DNA of 64,000 nt from Octopus vulgaris (taxonomy: Eukaryota), in NCBI GenBank assembly GCA_951406725.2, contig OX597819.1:2976001-3040000 (forward strand). Direction: 5' to 3'. The notes under the pieces are model-generated. The model did no database searches and was not told the origin of the DNA. It worked only from the letters and a program-made list of their open reading frames with translations. Numbering within the stretch: position 1 is the first letter of the stretch; each line of letters opens with the position of its first letter. The translations under genes were made by a program, and so were the position numbers. This document shows positions 52,762 to 64,000 of this stretch, in pieces.

Positions 52762-53195
52762 AAATAATTCATCTTTGAAAATATTCTTTCTATTTACTCA
52801 CTGTGAAACAGAGTTCTGAAACCTGTGGATAATATATAACATTTTATTTCTTTAATTTGCAACATTATTATTATTGTTTCTGAGTAAAAGAAGTCATGCC
52901 TTTAACTTCTTGGAAATTATAGCGCCCATTATTGCAGTAGTATTTTTATCATAATGAAAAAGAAATTAAGTGAGGCTGTGAGTGTCTTTGAGAGAAGCAT
53001 TAATTACTGGAAGACAAGGAAATGTGGATGATCCAAGCATAAAAATTTTATGTAGAAAAAAAAATAGAATTCAAAGTATAAACTTGTTTTGGGTTTTAAG
53101 GTTATTATAATACAGTAAATTGTGTAAGTAATTTAGACAGAAGATATTTATAATTTGTTTTTCTTCACCGAGAAATTAGCATCAAGTCGAGCAAT

Positions 53196-53339
53196 TTAAT
53201 AAATCCATTTTTGAAAGGCTCTTGTACCGTCTCTTTTCCATTCATTTGCTAAAATACAGTGGTTTTGGAACTCTGGTAGTGCACTTAGAATGCAAGCTCC
53301 AATATAGGCTGCATGGTATCTTTGGGGAGAAGAATGAAC
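53196..53339 (-). CDS. actin-fold protein, last coding exon
   Basis: ccttatag|GTT... encodes VHSSPQRYHAAYIGACILSALPEFQNHCILANEWKRDGTRAFQKWIY*, cf. actin [32 protein letters not shown]. 144 nt including TAA. Confidence 0.92.
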   Translation of the reverse strand, partial: VHSSPQRYHAAYIGACILSALPEFQNHCILANEWKRDGTRAFQKWIY

Positions 53340-54899
53340 CTATAAGGAAGTAGAAATTAAATATCAGTCATGTTTTTTATGCTATCATACAAGAAAGATT
53401 ACCAATTTTGTGTATTTTAAAAAGTTATTGTTTCATATTTAGATAACATTTAGTTATCCTCATCATTTCACATTCACCTTCCCATGCTGGCATGGTAACC
53501 AGATTCTCTTCCGGCCTCCAGCTCTTTTAGTTGCCTTATGGTTCTCTTTCTAAATGAAGTGCAGATTGTTTGATGCTTGCATGGACCTTCAATATGTAAT
53601 GCTAATGGTGTATGTATTATGGAATACATATGAGAGAAAAACTAGAAGAATTGATAGGCTGCATTTTGTAAAAGACAAGACTATGTATAGGCATGGCATG
53701 CCTATGGAAGATGCCAGTTGTATAAATAAATTAGTACCAAGTACTTATAGATAGAACTTGTGAAAGAAGAAGGCTAAAGAAGACAGGATGAAATTGTGAA
53801 GATTGATTTGCATGACACTGAACTTCAGAAAGGAGATAGAGGGCTGTGACTCATGGTGAAGACCCTCTCATGGAAAACATGTAAAATGATGAATATTTAA
53901 CACTTAAGGAAAACTGAAATGTAGCAAATGATGGAAAATGAAATGTGATTGATAAGTGGGAATAAAGCAAGGATTTATGTTGCTTTAAGATTTATTAGAC
54001 TATGAAGTAAAGATATTTTGTATATGAAAATCCTTTTACATTGTGACTGTGTCAGAACTGCACCTCATTATTAACTAAGGGATTTGTTAAAAGAAAAAAT
54101 CCCAAGATCGGACATATGCAATGGTGGTATGCAGATATAATAGAGTGCTACAGTATTTAGTTATTTAATATTTATATTTTACTGGAATTGGTTTTTACTT
54201 TTAGGTAATCAATAATTAAGTTTTCTTGCTCATCTACTTTGTAAGATCGCTTGAGCTACAAATGATATTTGATTTTCATATTTGATTGTTTCACTATTTC
54301 TGTACTTACTATATTGATTGTGATAATTGGCAATTTCACTGATGTATATGGATAACATGGTAGAAACATGAGATTAAATTAAAGCAATATTTTATTTATC
54401 TAGACTACTTGTTGACATGTTGATTGGTTCTATCTCCTTATTTCGACAAATATGACCAGCTGCTATTAATTCAGTAAATAAGCTTCTATGTCGTCATCAC
54501 TTGTGCAATTCTGATGATTGCTTTGAAGTGTGGCCCTGTAAGTCATAGGGCAGCCTAATGAGATGAGTGGTAATTCTGAATAAAATTTTGCACTGCAGAT
54601 AACCTTGAATAAAATTCTACAGAGTGGAATAAAACAACACACCATAGTCAAGACACTCCATCTGGTACAGTAACTCTGAATCTAAAAGATCTGCACAGAG
54701 AAGACATGGAGAGAAGGCTGCAGTGAAGAAAACTCATCTGAAAGAACAGTAACTCTGAATAAAAACTCACAAGTGTAGAGAGAACGAACACTCCAGTGCT
54801 GACAGACATCCTTTCTAGTGCTGGTGACGAGTAAATGTAGCCAGTCTTTGCTGTAAAGTGATTAGTAATTGAAGGGCATTATGCTACTAGAGGTATGCC

Positions 54900-56514
54900 A
54901 AAATTATTACAGTTACAAACAATGCAAAACTATTTGCATGTATAGGACTGTTCATGCTGTGCACGTTAGTGGAGGAAGTCTTCAAACAGACATCAAATGA
55001 TTGCATGATGTGTGCTTTGTAAAAGAGGTAAGTGGAAAGGGAACCACAACCAAACAGGTTGGATGGAGTAGGCATGGTGTTGGCAGATGAAGTCATTAAC
55101 TAACCATAGGCAATAGTTATCTGGGCATATATACCACAATCAGGATGACAGATGAGCAAAAGGACCTCAGTGAAGTCCTTTTGCAGTTTACCCTGATAGC
55201 AAATGACTGACTTCATTATCAAAGCTGGTGGTATTAATGGACACGGACTATTCTCATGTAGGTAGAGAGAGGAGACAAAGAATGGGGAGGGACTGGACTG
55301 CTGTGCTGCAAGAGTGTAAATAACTTAATTATTTGAAACACTAACTTCAGGGAACCAACCGTCCAGCCACATGAAGTCTACCAACCCAGGTAGACTTCAC
55401 ATTCAACAAGAAACTGGATAGACAACTATTTGTGAACACTATATTTTTCCCTGGTGAAGAATGCAGCACTCAACATAAAGGCAAGTGACAAATAACATCA
55501 AAGGTAAAAGGATTCAGAAGACGAGACAGCCTGGAGACAGAAGGTATGAAAGTTAGAGGATCATTCATTGAGGCATAGGTTCCAGGAAGTGGAGACAAAA
55601 CTTAAAATTGAGGGCAATTGGGAATTTCTATGGGATCACTAGATAACAGGCCAGATTTGTGCTTCGAGCAAGATTATGTGCAGCCAGAAGGAAGGTGACA
55701 TGATGTTGGAAATGCTAAATTAAACATGGCCTTAACAGATTGGAAGAAGATGAGTGGAATCAAAGAATATAAGGTTGTTAGAAAAGAAGCTAGACATATA
55801 TACACAGCATGGAGGGACAAGCTTGAATAACTGGCAGTTATTGAACTGGAGGAAGCTGACAGGGCACCAAGCTCTCGGTCATGAGTTCAATGTACAAGTT
55901 GGTGTGCACTAGGGGTCATTTCTCAACTCCCTACTGTCCAGTATAATTCTTGAAGCTATAACAAGTTTAAGATTGGCTGTCTGCCAATAAGAAGTTTAAG
56001 ATTGGCTGTCTGCGAGACCTATATACTGATGGCTTAGTTCTCCGAGATGAATCTATTGAAGATTTAGAAAAAAAAATTTAAACATGCAAACAGAATCTAG
56101 AATTGAAAGTTAACCTATGAAAGGTAGAAAGAAATTAGAAAGAAAGGAGCCAAGACTCTACTCTCTCCTTAGTCTTTTCTTCTTCACCTTTTTTTCCTCT
56201 CATTCATGGACACTAACATTACACATCTAAATATACAGAAAGGGAGTCGGCTGGAACTGGGAATACTCAGCATAACCAACAGGAAGTGTTGTGGGATGAG
56301 AGGCAGGGATGACCTTGTGCAAGAGTAGTTGTTGGTTGTAAAAGAACACAAGAAATAGTTTTTCAAATATTCTACTAAACATTTGGAAATTTATTTCTCA
56401 AGCACTTACATCTGTTGTTGGGTAGAACAAGCTTCCTCGAAATATTACTGTGTTAATTAGGTGATATAATTAACAGTGAAGGTGGATGTTCCAGAGTAAG
56501 AAGAGGGTAGTAAT

Positions 56515-56552
<38 letters not shown>

Positions 56553-57005
56553 GGTTAAGTGTAGATTGTGCGATGTTTGTGTGTAAATGTTGCATGCTAG
56601 TGATAGATGGACATTGAATGAAGAGGATGTGTGCAGGATGAAGAGGAATGAGGTGAGCATGCTGGATGTGTAATGTTAGTGTGCATGTATGATGAAACAC
56701 ATACAGTTAAAAAAAATTTTTAAATAAATGTCGTGAACAAGAGAAAAGACTAAGCTAGTACAGGAAGGCATGATGTGCATGGAGGAAGCGAGTTGTACGA
56801 ATAAATGATAAGAATTTCAAGTGAGTGGAAACTGTTGAAGTGGGAAGCCAAGGAAGGCATGATGAGGCGGTGAAGATTAACTTCAAAGGTTAACCTCATG
56901 AAAGAACTGACGAAGGGTCATAAGTCATGATGAAGTGTTGTACTGGAGAAGACCTGACTAACAGATGCGAACATGGTAAAAGTGATGTAAAATGAAGATG
57001 ATGGT
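54900..57005 (+). mobile_element. highly decayed RTE-clade LINE
   Basis: Patchy similarity to the RTE copies at 24650-29790 (GVG, FKIGCL, MLDV remnants); ends in a GAT-like tail. Confidence 0.55.
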
Positions 57006-57139
57006 CAACATGACTACTTCATTTCGCTATAAAACTGGAGCCCTTGTTCCAAAATTTAGATATTGATAATAACTGTTTGTAGTAAGCACTTTCACAATCT
57101 ATATTCACAAGTTATAGTATAAGGATCTGTATATCTTAC

Positions 57140-57239
57140 CTGCACAAGTAGAGATGGATTGACTAGTTTTTGAACTTCCTTCTCCAATCTTGCTGCAAAC
57201 CCAGGGATCATTGTTACACCTCCACTCAGGTAGATAGCT
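57140..57239 (-). CDS. actin-fold protein, penultimate exon
   Basis: caacag|A GCT... encodes AIYLSGGVTMIPGFAARLEKEVQKLVNPSLLVQ|gtaaga, matching the actin LSGGTTMYPGIADRMQKE motif. Confidence 0.92.
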
Positions 57240-57865
57240 CTGTTGAAGATATTCACAAGAAGAATAAAACTAGACAACCTCTTGTTTAAAGGAACTTGCA
57301 TTTATTTAATTTTGGTTTTCTTTTAATACAGATGTCCAGTTAAGATAATTCAGAAAATATCTGTATATAAATGAAATAATGGCTATGGAGTCAAGGTATT
57401 GAACTGATTATATTTGTTTTTAGGTTCAAACCTTACTTCTGTCATTATGCTAAACTCCTGGAAGGGCATTTACATCTTGCTTTAAAAAAAAATCCCTTGT
57501 TAACTTCACAACTGACTTTATGGAAAAAAGGGTATTCAGCAAGTATTGATGTTTGTAGTTGGAGATGATCCTTATTACTAATCAAATAAAGGAGGCTAGT
57601 TGGTAGAATCATTAGCACACTGGACAAAATACTTAGTGGCATTTCTTCTGGTGAGTTCAAATTCCACCAAGGTTGACTTCGCCTTTCATCCTTTCAGGGT
57701 TGATGAAATAAGTACCAGCTGAGCACTGAGGTTGATGTAATTGTCTAATCCTGCCTAACCCTAAAACAGGCACCTGCTAAATTTCAGACATTCTGTCTAT
57801 AGTTGAAAGGATTATTACTCATTAAATAGTATGGAATGGCATTCATTAATAAGTCTGAGATAAAT

Positions 57866-58110
57866 GGGGGGGTGTGGCTTAGTGGTTAGGGTGTCAGCAT
57901 CATGATCGTAAGATTGTGGTTTTGATTCCTGTACTGTGCGATGCGTTGTGTTCTTGAGCAAAACACTTCGTTTGACGTTGCTCCAGTCCACTCAGCTGCC
58001 AAAAATGAGTAACGCTGCGATGGACTGGCGTCCCGTCCAGCTGGGGAACACATACACCATTGAAACAGGGAAACCGGGCCCATGAGCCTGGCTAGGCTTT
58101 AAAAAGGACG
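57866..58110 (+). mobile_element. tRNA-derived SINE
   Basis: A-box TGGCTTAGTGGTTAG and a degenerate B-box, then TTCTTGAGCAAAACACTT. Related copies at 62507-62835 (-) and about 11816-11990 (+). Confidence 0.75.
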
Positions 58111-59044
58111 CATTTATATTTTTATGAATGGAGTTGTGCATCCTGCCTGTTTCAGTTTTCCAAATTGAAAAAACAAACAAACAAGCAAAACCAAAACAAA
58201 AACCCCAACAAAACCACTATTTATTTGGCATAAACTTTATAAATCCAATTTAAGTAATAAAGTATTTTAAAAGATACTTTTTATTTAGTGAAAAGCCTTT
58301 TTTTTTTTCAGTTTTTAATATTGATTTGGTATTTGTTTTTGTTATTGATGACCTGTAAATAAATGCATGATGTAATTTTTGCTAATTATATGAACCACTA
58401 AAATAATTAGAAAACAAACGAGGACATTTAATAGCCAAGGTTTCTGATTTGTAGAAATATTTATATGAAGTCAAGAGACATTAACATCAACAAAGAAATG
58501 AAAACCTAATCACGTTCACTTCTCCAGATTGGTAGCAGTGTTTAATCTTGTTTCTTAAAGCTACTAATTGTGTATCAATGATGGAGAATAAAAAAATAAT
58601 AAAGTAAGGCCAATTGTTTGATATTGAGTAATTACGAAAGATTTTTCAACAATTTTTGTTTAAGCTTTCAATCGTCAAGATGAGTTACCTCCCCTCACTC
58701 ACAAGCTGAAGAAAATTGGATACAAAAACTTCATAAACGAAAGAAAACAAACAGAAAGAAAAACAACAACTATTTAATAGGTTTAAAGAAAACTATTGCA
58801 ATTACTGTTTTGTTATAGAAATCAATCTTGAGGAGCAAAAAAGAAGTTTAGGTAAGCATTTCTTTGGATTATCAAGTCATGAATATATCTTTTTCTAGAT
58901 TAAATGTGTCCCAAACAGGAAGATAGCAAAGTTTACCGTTTCATCCTTTTGGGACTGACAAAAAGGAACCAGTATCTATTGACACTGAATCAATTTCATG
59001 AACATTAATCTTGGACCTAACAGAGGAATAATATTTCTACCAAC

Positions 59045-59191
59045 CTGCACATATGCCTCCTGTTATCCATTGGACATGCATTAATTGCTTTTAATACCAG
59101 GGCTTGGACTGTGGGATAGTCCATACCCCACAGGTCTGTATTAAAGAAACCTTCAGGACTTGCAAAGCAGCTGATATCATGGCTTATGGTG
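59045..59191 (-). CDS. actin-fold protein, internal exon
   Basis: tcttccag|C ACC... encodes TISHDISCFASPEGFFNTDLWGMDYPTVQALVLKAINACPMDNRRHMC(R), cf. actin ERFRCPEALFQPSFLGME...CDVDIRKDL. Phase 2/2. Confidence 0.9.
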
Positions 59192-59926
59192 CTGGAAGAT
59201 AGGAAAATATTTCATTAATAAATATATTTTCATGTTTTGTTTTAGTTAACTTCAAATGACATTTTACTGGTAAAGAGCTTTGTAGTTCACTTGAAGCATT
59301 GTAGTACAAAAGTAGAAAAAGAAAAGGAAAGTAAAAAAGCCTGTAACAATGCAGTAAGTTTTACAAAAACCTTTAGATTTCAGGTGCAAAGACCCTTCTT
59401 CAGAACGAAGCAGCTCCAAAAATGTCAAACCACATTGATTTCATTTAAACTGCTCGGTGACGACAACCAGCATCATAACTGTTATGTCCCGCATTTTGAT
59501 GATGTATTTTGCCGTCTTTACAAGACTGCCCCGAACAGCATAACTCACTGACTGACACTACTGACCGTGTCAGTCCACCATTTATTAGCAGTGGACCAGC
59601 CCATTTCTCACCTGGGGGCATCCACCACAACAATAACTTACGCCACCAACACCATCTTCAATAATACACCAATGACCAACAATTGGAGAGTTTCTGCTAC
59701 TGCTGCTAACCCTAATGTTGAGCAGTTTAAATAAAATAACAAAACTGATGTAACTGGATATTTCTTGACCTGCTTCCTTCTCAGGATGGGAATTTGTGCC
59801 TGAAATATAAAGTTTTTATGAAACTTTTCGCTTTGTTAAAAGCTTTCTTTATTTTCTTTTTAGTTTATTAGTAGCTTTTTAAAAATATATATTCCATCAA
59901 TTATATATGATTTATCAATACAATAC

Positions 59927-60042
59927 CTATAGGTGTCTTTTGGTATATCATATTTGTTTAAATATACTGATGACAAGAACTTTTCTGGCTGCTGCATATA
60001 TTTCTGTATCTCTTCTTCATAATTTTTGGATACATAGCATGT
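59927..60042 (-). CDS. actin-fold protein, internal exon
   Basis: ttttcag|ACA TGC TAT encodes TCYVSKNYEEEIQKYMQQPEKFLSSVYLNKYDIPKDTY(S), cf. actin LCYVALDFEQEM. Phase 0 in, phase 2 out (gtattg). Confidence 0.87.
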
Positions 60043-60463
60043 CTGAAAAATATTTATAGAATTATTATTTAAATCTTTCATTAATGCATCAAAAACTTAT
60101 CTTTCAAAACATTCTAGATAATATTTTTCCCTTAGTAGTCACAGTTATTACAAAGGCAATAAACATTTCTTCATAATATTTGGTGGGACCAGAGATTTGA
60201 AATTGAAGAATTGCAAGGAAAAGATGCATAGAATTCACCTATTTTATTTTTCATTCACTTATTATGAAGTACTTAAAATTTCTAGTCAGTGGTAATCATG
60301 CATTTCATCCTTTTTAGAAATCACCAGCATGATTACAACCTGTGACTTACTAATTAAACAGTTTATGGAGAGAGACATTTCATTAAAAGATGGAAAATAA
60401 TTTCAGTCTGGAGGAAATTCATGGAATGCATGTGCTTTTCTTTTTCTTCATAGAGTATTAATA

Positions 60464-60994
60464 TTGGGTTGTCCGGAAAGTTCATGCCAATTTTTAAAGG
60501 AAAGAAAAAGGTCAATAAATACTTGTCATTACATTTTTAATAAACCAAATATGAATTTCCTTTAACTTGAAAATACCCTCTTCCCAGAATTGAGGTAGTT
60601 TCATGGCAAAGAATTCATCAAGGTATCTTTTTATGTCATCCAAGGAATTGAAATTTTTACCATTAAGACTATTCTGCAGAGACGTGAATAAGTGGAAATC
60701 CGAAGGAGCAATATCTGGTGAATATGGAGGGTGGAGTAACACATCCCGGCCGAGCTGCAGCAATTTTTGTCTGGTTCCCAAAGCATTAAGTGCCGAAGAT
60801 GAACTTTCTTATCTTCCATTTTAAAAGGTTACAGACTTAACACAGGTTATAGGAACATAAACCTTCGTCCACGAAAAGATAGCTTAAACTGTGCTCTAAA
60901 CGAAGGCATAGTCAAATCTTATTTTATGGACTCAACCATGTTCTAAAATAAGTCGAAAGGTAAGCTACTATAACAAGCTTTCCGGACAACCCAA
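60464..60994 (-). mobile_element. internally deleted mariner element (MITE-like)
   Basis: Perfect 17-bp TIRs TTGGGTTGTCCGGAAAG / CTTTCCGGACAACCCAA, TA on both sides. Retains HPPYSPDIAPSDFHLF and an N-terminal MEDKKVHLRH fragment. Confidence 0.92.
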
Positions 60995-62264
60995 TAGTTT
61001 AGCAATTGAGAAAAAGAAAGCTTTTAGTGTTTACATAGAAGATAATTATTCACCAAGACCTCTTTATTCCTCATCCAGAACTTCTACCCATCAAAAGATT
61101 TTGTCCTTTTTTTATTTTCCTACTGGAGGATTTGCAGTGTTATGTCACAAAATTCTGAGTTAATTACTTTAAAGATTTTGTCAGTGATTCATCATCATTA
61201 TCATCCTTTAATGTCTGTTCTCCATGCTGTCATGGGTTGGATGGTTTGATAGGAGCTGGCTAAGGAGATGTCTGCACTAGACTTCTGTGTCTATTTTAGC
61301 ACAGTTTTTACAGCTGGATGCCCTTCCTAACACCAGCCACCCAGTAGGGTGGACAAAAGATTACTAAATAATAGGATTACAAAATAATATTGATTTCAAA
61401 TTTTGGCACAAGACTAGCAATTTTGGAGGAGGGGATAAGTTGACCTCAGTATTCAAATGGTACTTATTTTATTGACCCCAAAAGGATGAAAGGCAAATTC
61501 AACTTCAGTGAAATTTGAACTCAGAACATGAAGATGAACGAAATTCTGCTAAACATTTCACCTGGCATGCTAACGATTCAGCCAGCTTGCCACCTTATGA
61601 TTACTAGATGATATTAAGAAAAAGAAAAAAGGCTTTGATTTCTTAAATTTTGTTCCATCTGCAAGTTATTTGGATATGAACTGTGCAACCCAGTCTGCTA
61701 AGCAGAAAATAATTGCTACAATATACAAAATCAGTTATATGAAAATGAAGTGCAATAGATCCATTTGTTATGTGATTAATCACTATCCTAAAAGTTATAG
61801 TGTACATTTCCAGTCTTCCATGGAAAATATGTTTGGTCATGGGGAAATATTACCTTGCTTTGCCCAGGTGAGAGTTGGTAGTAGGAAAGGCATCCAGTCA
61901 TAGAAAATCTGCCTCAATGAAAATTCCATCTGACTTGTGCAAGCATGGAAAAGTAGATGTTAAATGATGATGATGATGATAGTGTGTCATAGGTAAGTTG
62001 CATTTTAAAGTCAGATCATCATCATCATCACCATCATTTTAATCTTCCTTTTTCCATGCTTGCATGGGTTGGATGGAGTTCATTTGAGGCTGATTTTCAA
62101 TAGTTGAAGGCTCTTCCTGTCACCAGCTTTCACCTCTTTCCAAGTAAGATAATATTTCCCCAGGGCCAGACATATTTTCACAGACAATAGAAATAACACT
62201 GCTTGCATGATAGCACACTCATTTACATCTATCTTGTGATGGAGACACACAACCATGCACGCAC

Positions 62265-62300
<36 letters not shown>

Positions 62301-62506
62301 GGCTTTCAGTTTCCATTTGCCAAATCCACTCTTAAGGTCCTGGGATATAGCAGAATACACTTGCCCAAAATGTCACACAGTGGGACTGAACCAAGAACCA
62401 AGTGGTTCAGAAGCAAACTTCTTACCATACAACCACACCTGCACCAGATATTTGCATTAATTATTGAAGTAAAGTATTTTATGGATTCATGGTATCTCTC
62501 TTCTGT

Positions 62507-62835
62507 TAAATTATAGGAGCACTCGTCAGTTACGACGACGAGGGTCCCAGGTGATGCTATCAACGGATCAGCTTGCTCGTGAAATTAATGTGCAAGTGGC
62601 TGAGCCCTCAATTGACAAGTGTACCCCTAACGTAGTTCTCAGGGAGATTCAGCGTGACACAAAATGTGACAAGGATGGTCCTTTGAAATACAGGTACAAC
62701 TCATTTTTGCCAGCTGAGTGGACTAGAGCAATGTGAAATAAAGTGTCTTGCTCAAGGACACAACGCATTGCCGGGAATTGAACTCACAACTTTACAATCG
62801 TGAGCCGAATGCTCTAACCACTAAGCCATGTGCCT
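62507..62835 (-). mobile_element. tRNA-derived SINE
   Basis: Minus strand reads GGCACATGGCTTAGTGGTTAGAGCATTCGGCTCACGATTGTAAAGTTGTGAGTTCAATTCCCGG (tRNA-like head). Confidence 0.8.
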
Positions 62836-63040
62836 TTACCTTCTGTTAAATAGCAAAGAGAGAATGGTAGAGTTAAATTTCTTGACATTTCAATTTTAGA
62901 AGTCTCTCCGAGTAGATAATAATTAACCTTGTTGACATTCAATTATTGATCTGATAATTAGTAGATTAACCATATTTAAATTAGATTTGATATCACACCA
63001 GATAATTAAATTCAATAATTAGGATTAACATAAAAACTAC

Positions 63041-63183
63041 CTGCTCCATAATGTATCGAATAAGAATTTGTTCTAATGGTGAGTACAAAGGAAAATTGTG
63101 TTTTGCCAATCCAGATCTCAATGACTGCCGAATTTTGCCAGCACCATATGACTGAACTGATTGTCCCCCTTCAATTGCAAATC
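63041..63183 (-). CDS. divergent actin-fold (actin-related) protein, internal exon
   Basis: cacag|GA TTT GCA... encodes (G)FAIEGGQSVQSYGAGKIRQSLRSGLAKHNFPLYSPLEQILIRYIMEQ|gtagtt. By eye it aligns to actin GYALPHAILRLDLAGRDLT...AEREIVRDIKEK. Confidence 0.85.
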
Positions 63184-63820
63184 CTGTGGGTGAAAAGAGA
63201 TGGAAACAAATGTCAGAACAGAAATAAATAATACATCACGTTATAATCATTAAGAGATATCGTATACTAACAGAGATATCGTATACTAACAGGGAAAGAA
63301 AATTTGAGCAGCAAGAAAACAGCAAATCATATTTTGAAGCTTACGTCTTAAAAGAGGCTAAATTTGATTGAAAAGATAAATTTGAATGTAGGGAGGGGGA
63401 AATGCATTATCAGGTATTTTAAAAATTGCTTTGTCTTCTATAGCCCTTTGAATGGATTTGGTAGATGAAAACTGAAAGAAGCCCATTGTATATGTGTGTG
63501 TGTGTGTGTGTGTCATCATCATCATCGTTTAACATCCGCTTTCCATGCTAGCATGGGTTGGACGGTTTGACTGGGGTCTGGTAAGCCATGGAGGCTGCAC
63601 CAGGCCCAGTCAGATCTGGCAATGTTTCTACAGCTGGATGCCCTTCCTAACGCCAACCACTCCGTGAGTGTAGTGGGTGCTTTTTACGTGTTAGATAAGG
63701 CTGGCAATGGCCACAATCGGATGGTGCTTTTTACGTGCCACCGGCATGGAGGCCATTCGTGGCGGCACTGGCAACGGCCACGTTCGGATGGTTCTCTTAC
63801 GTGCCACCGGCACGTACATG

Positions 63821-63856
<36 letters not shown>

Positions 63857-63960
63857 TGGACAAACAAAAGGAAGAGCACTCTACATATTTATTGGGAGTT
63901 ACATTTATTGTTCAAAACGGTCTGAATCAGATTCTGAATCAAACTGTTTTGAACAATATA

Positions 63961-64000
63961 TTGGGTTGTCCGGAAAGTTCTTGCCGATTTATAGTAGCTT
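63961..64000. mobile_element. start of a second mariner-family copy (truncated by the window edge)
   Basis: TA followed by TTGGGTTGTCCGGAAAGTTC, identical to the TIR at 60464. Confidence 0.8.

Noticed and set aside
57754-57764. Telomere-like CCTAACCCTAA (also near 59706)
   Set aside because: Fewer than two full units; expected by chance or as part of a repeat.
57866-57945. tRNA gene (also 62765-62835 and 11816-11885)
   Set aside because: The tRNA-like heads continue into SINE bodies and do not show a convincing intact cloverleaf.

Overview
Eukaryotic, AT-rich, microsatellite- and transposon-dense genomic DNA. The SINE/RTE/Helitron repertoire and intron sizes look like an octopod cephalopod (inference, not tested). 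Two spliced genes were reconstructed by hand, and they converge tail-to-tail. (1) + strand: a complete SR splicing factor (one RRM, one CCHC zinc knuckle, RS domain, about 269-272 aa). It has six coding exons at 10508-10628, 23637-23648 (12-nt microexon), 32030-32070, 49178-49273, 51570-51703 and 51811-52225. (2) - strand: the last five coding exons of a divergent actin-fold protein (63183 down to 53196), whose 5' part lies beyond the window. The introns carry RTE, CR1 and R4/Dong LINE remnants, SINEs, Helitrons, hAT and mariner elements, and tandem repeats. The most interesting signals lie in the SR gene: a repeat-poor intron segment holding a candidate poison exon with a dense YCAY/CCATG cluster, two more candidate unproductive exons, the RRM microexon, and a near-perfect 97-bp-arm hairpin. 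Together they suggest a layered splicing/NMD and possibly RNA-editing control system. Most ORFs in the supplied track are spurious. All coordinates were counted manually; repeat boundaries are approximate.
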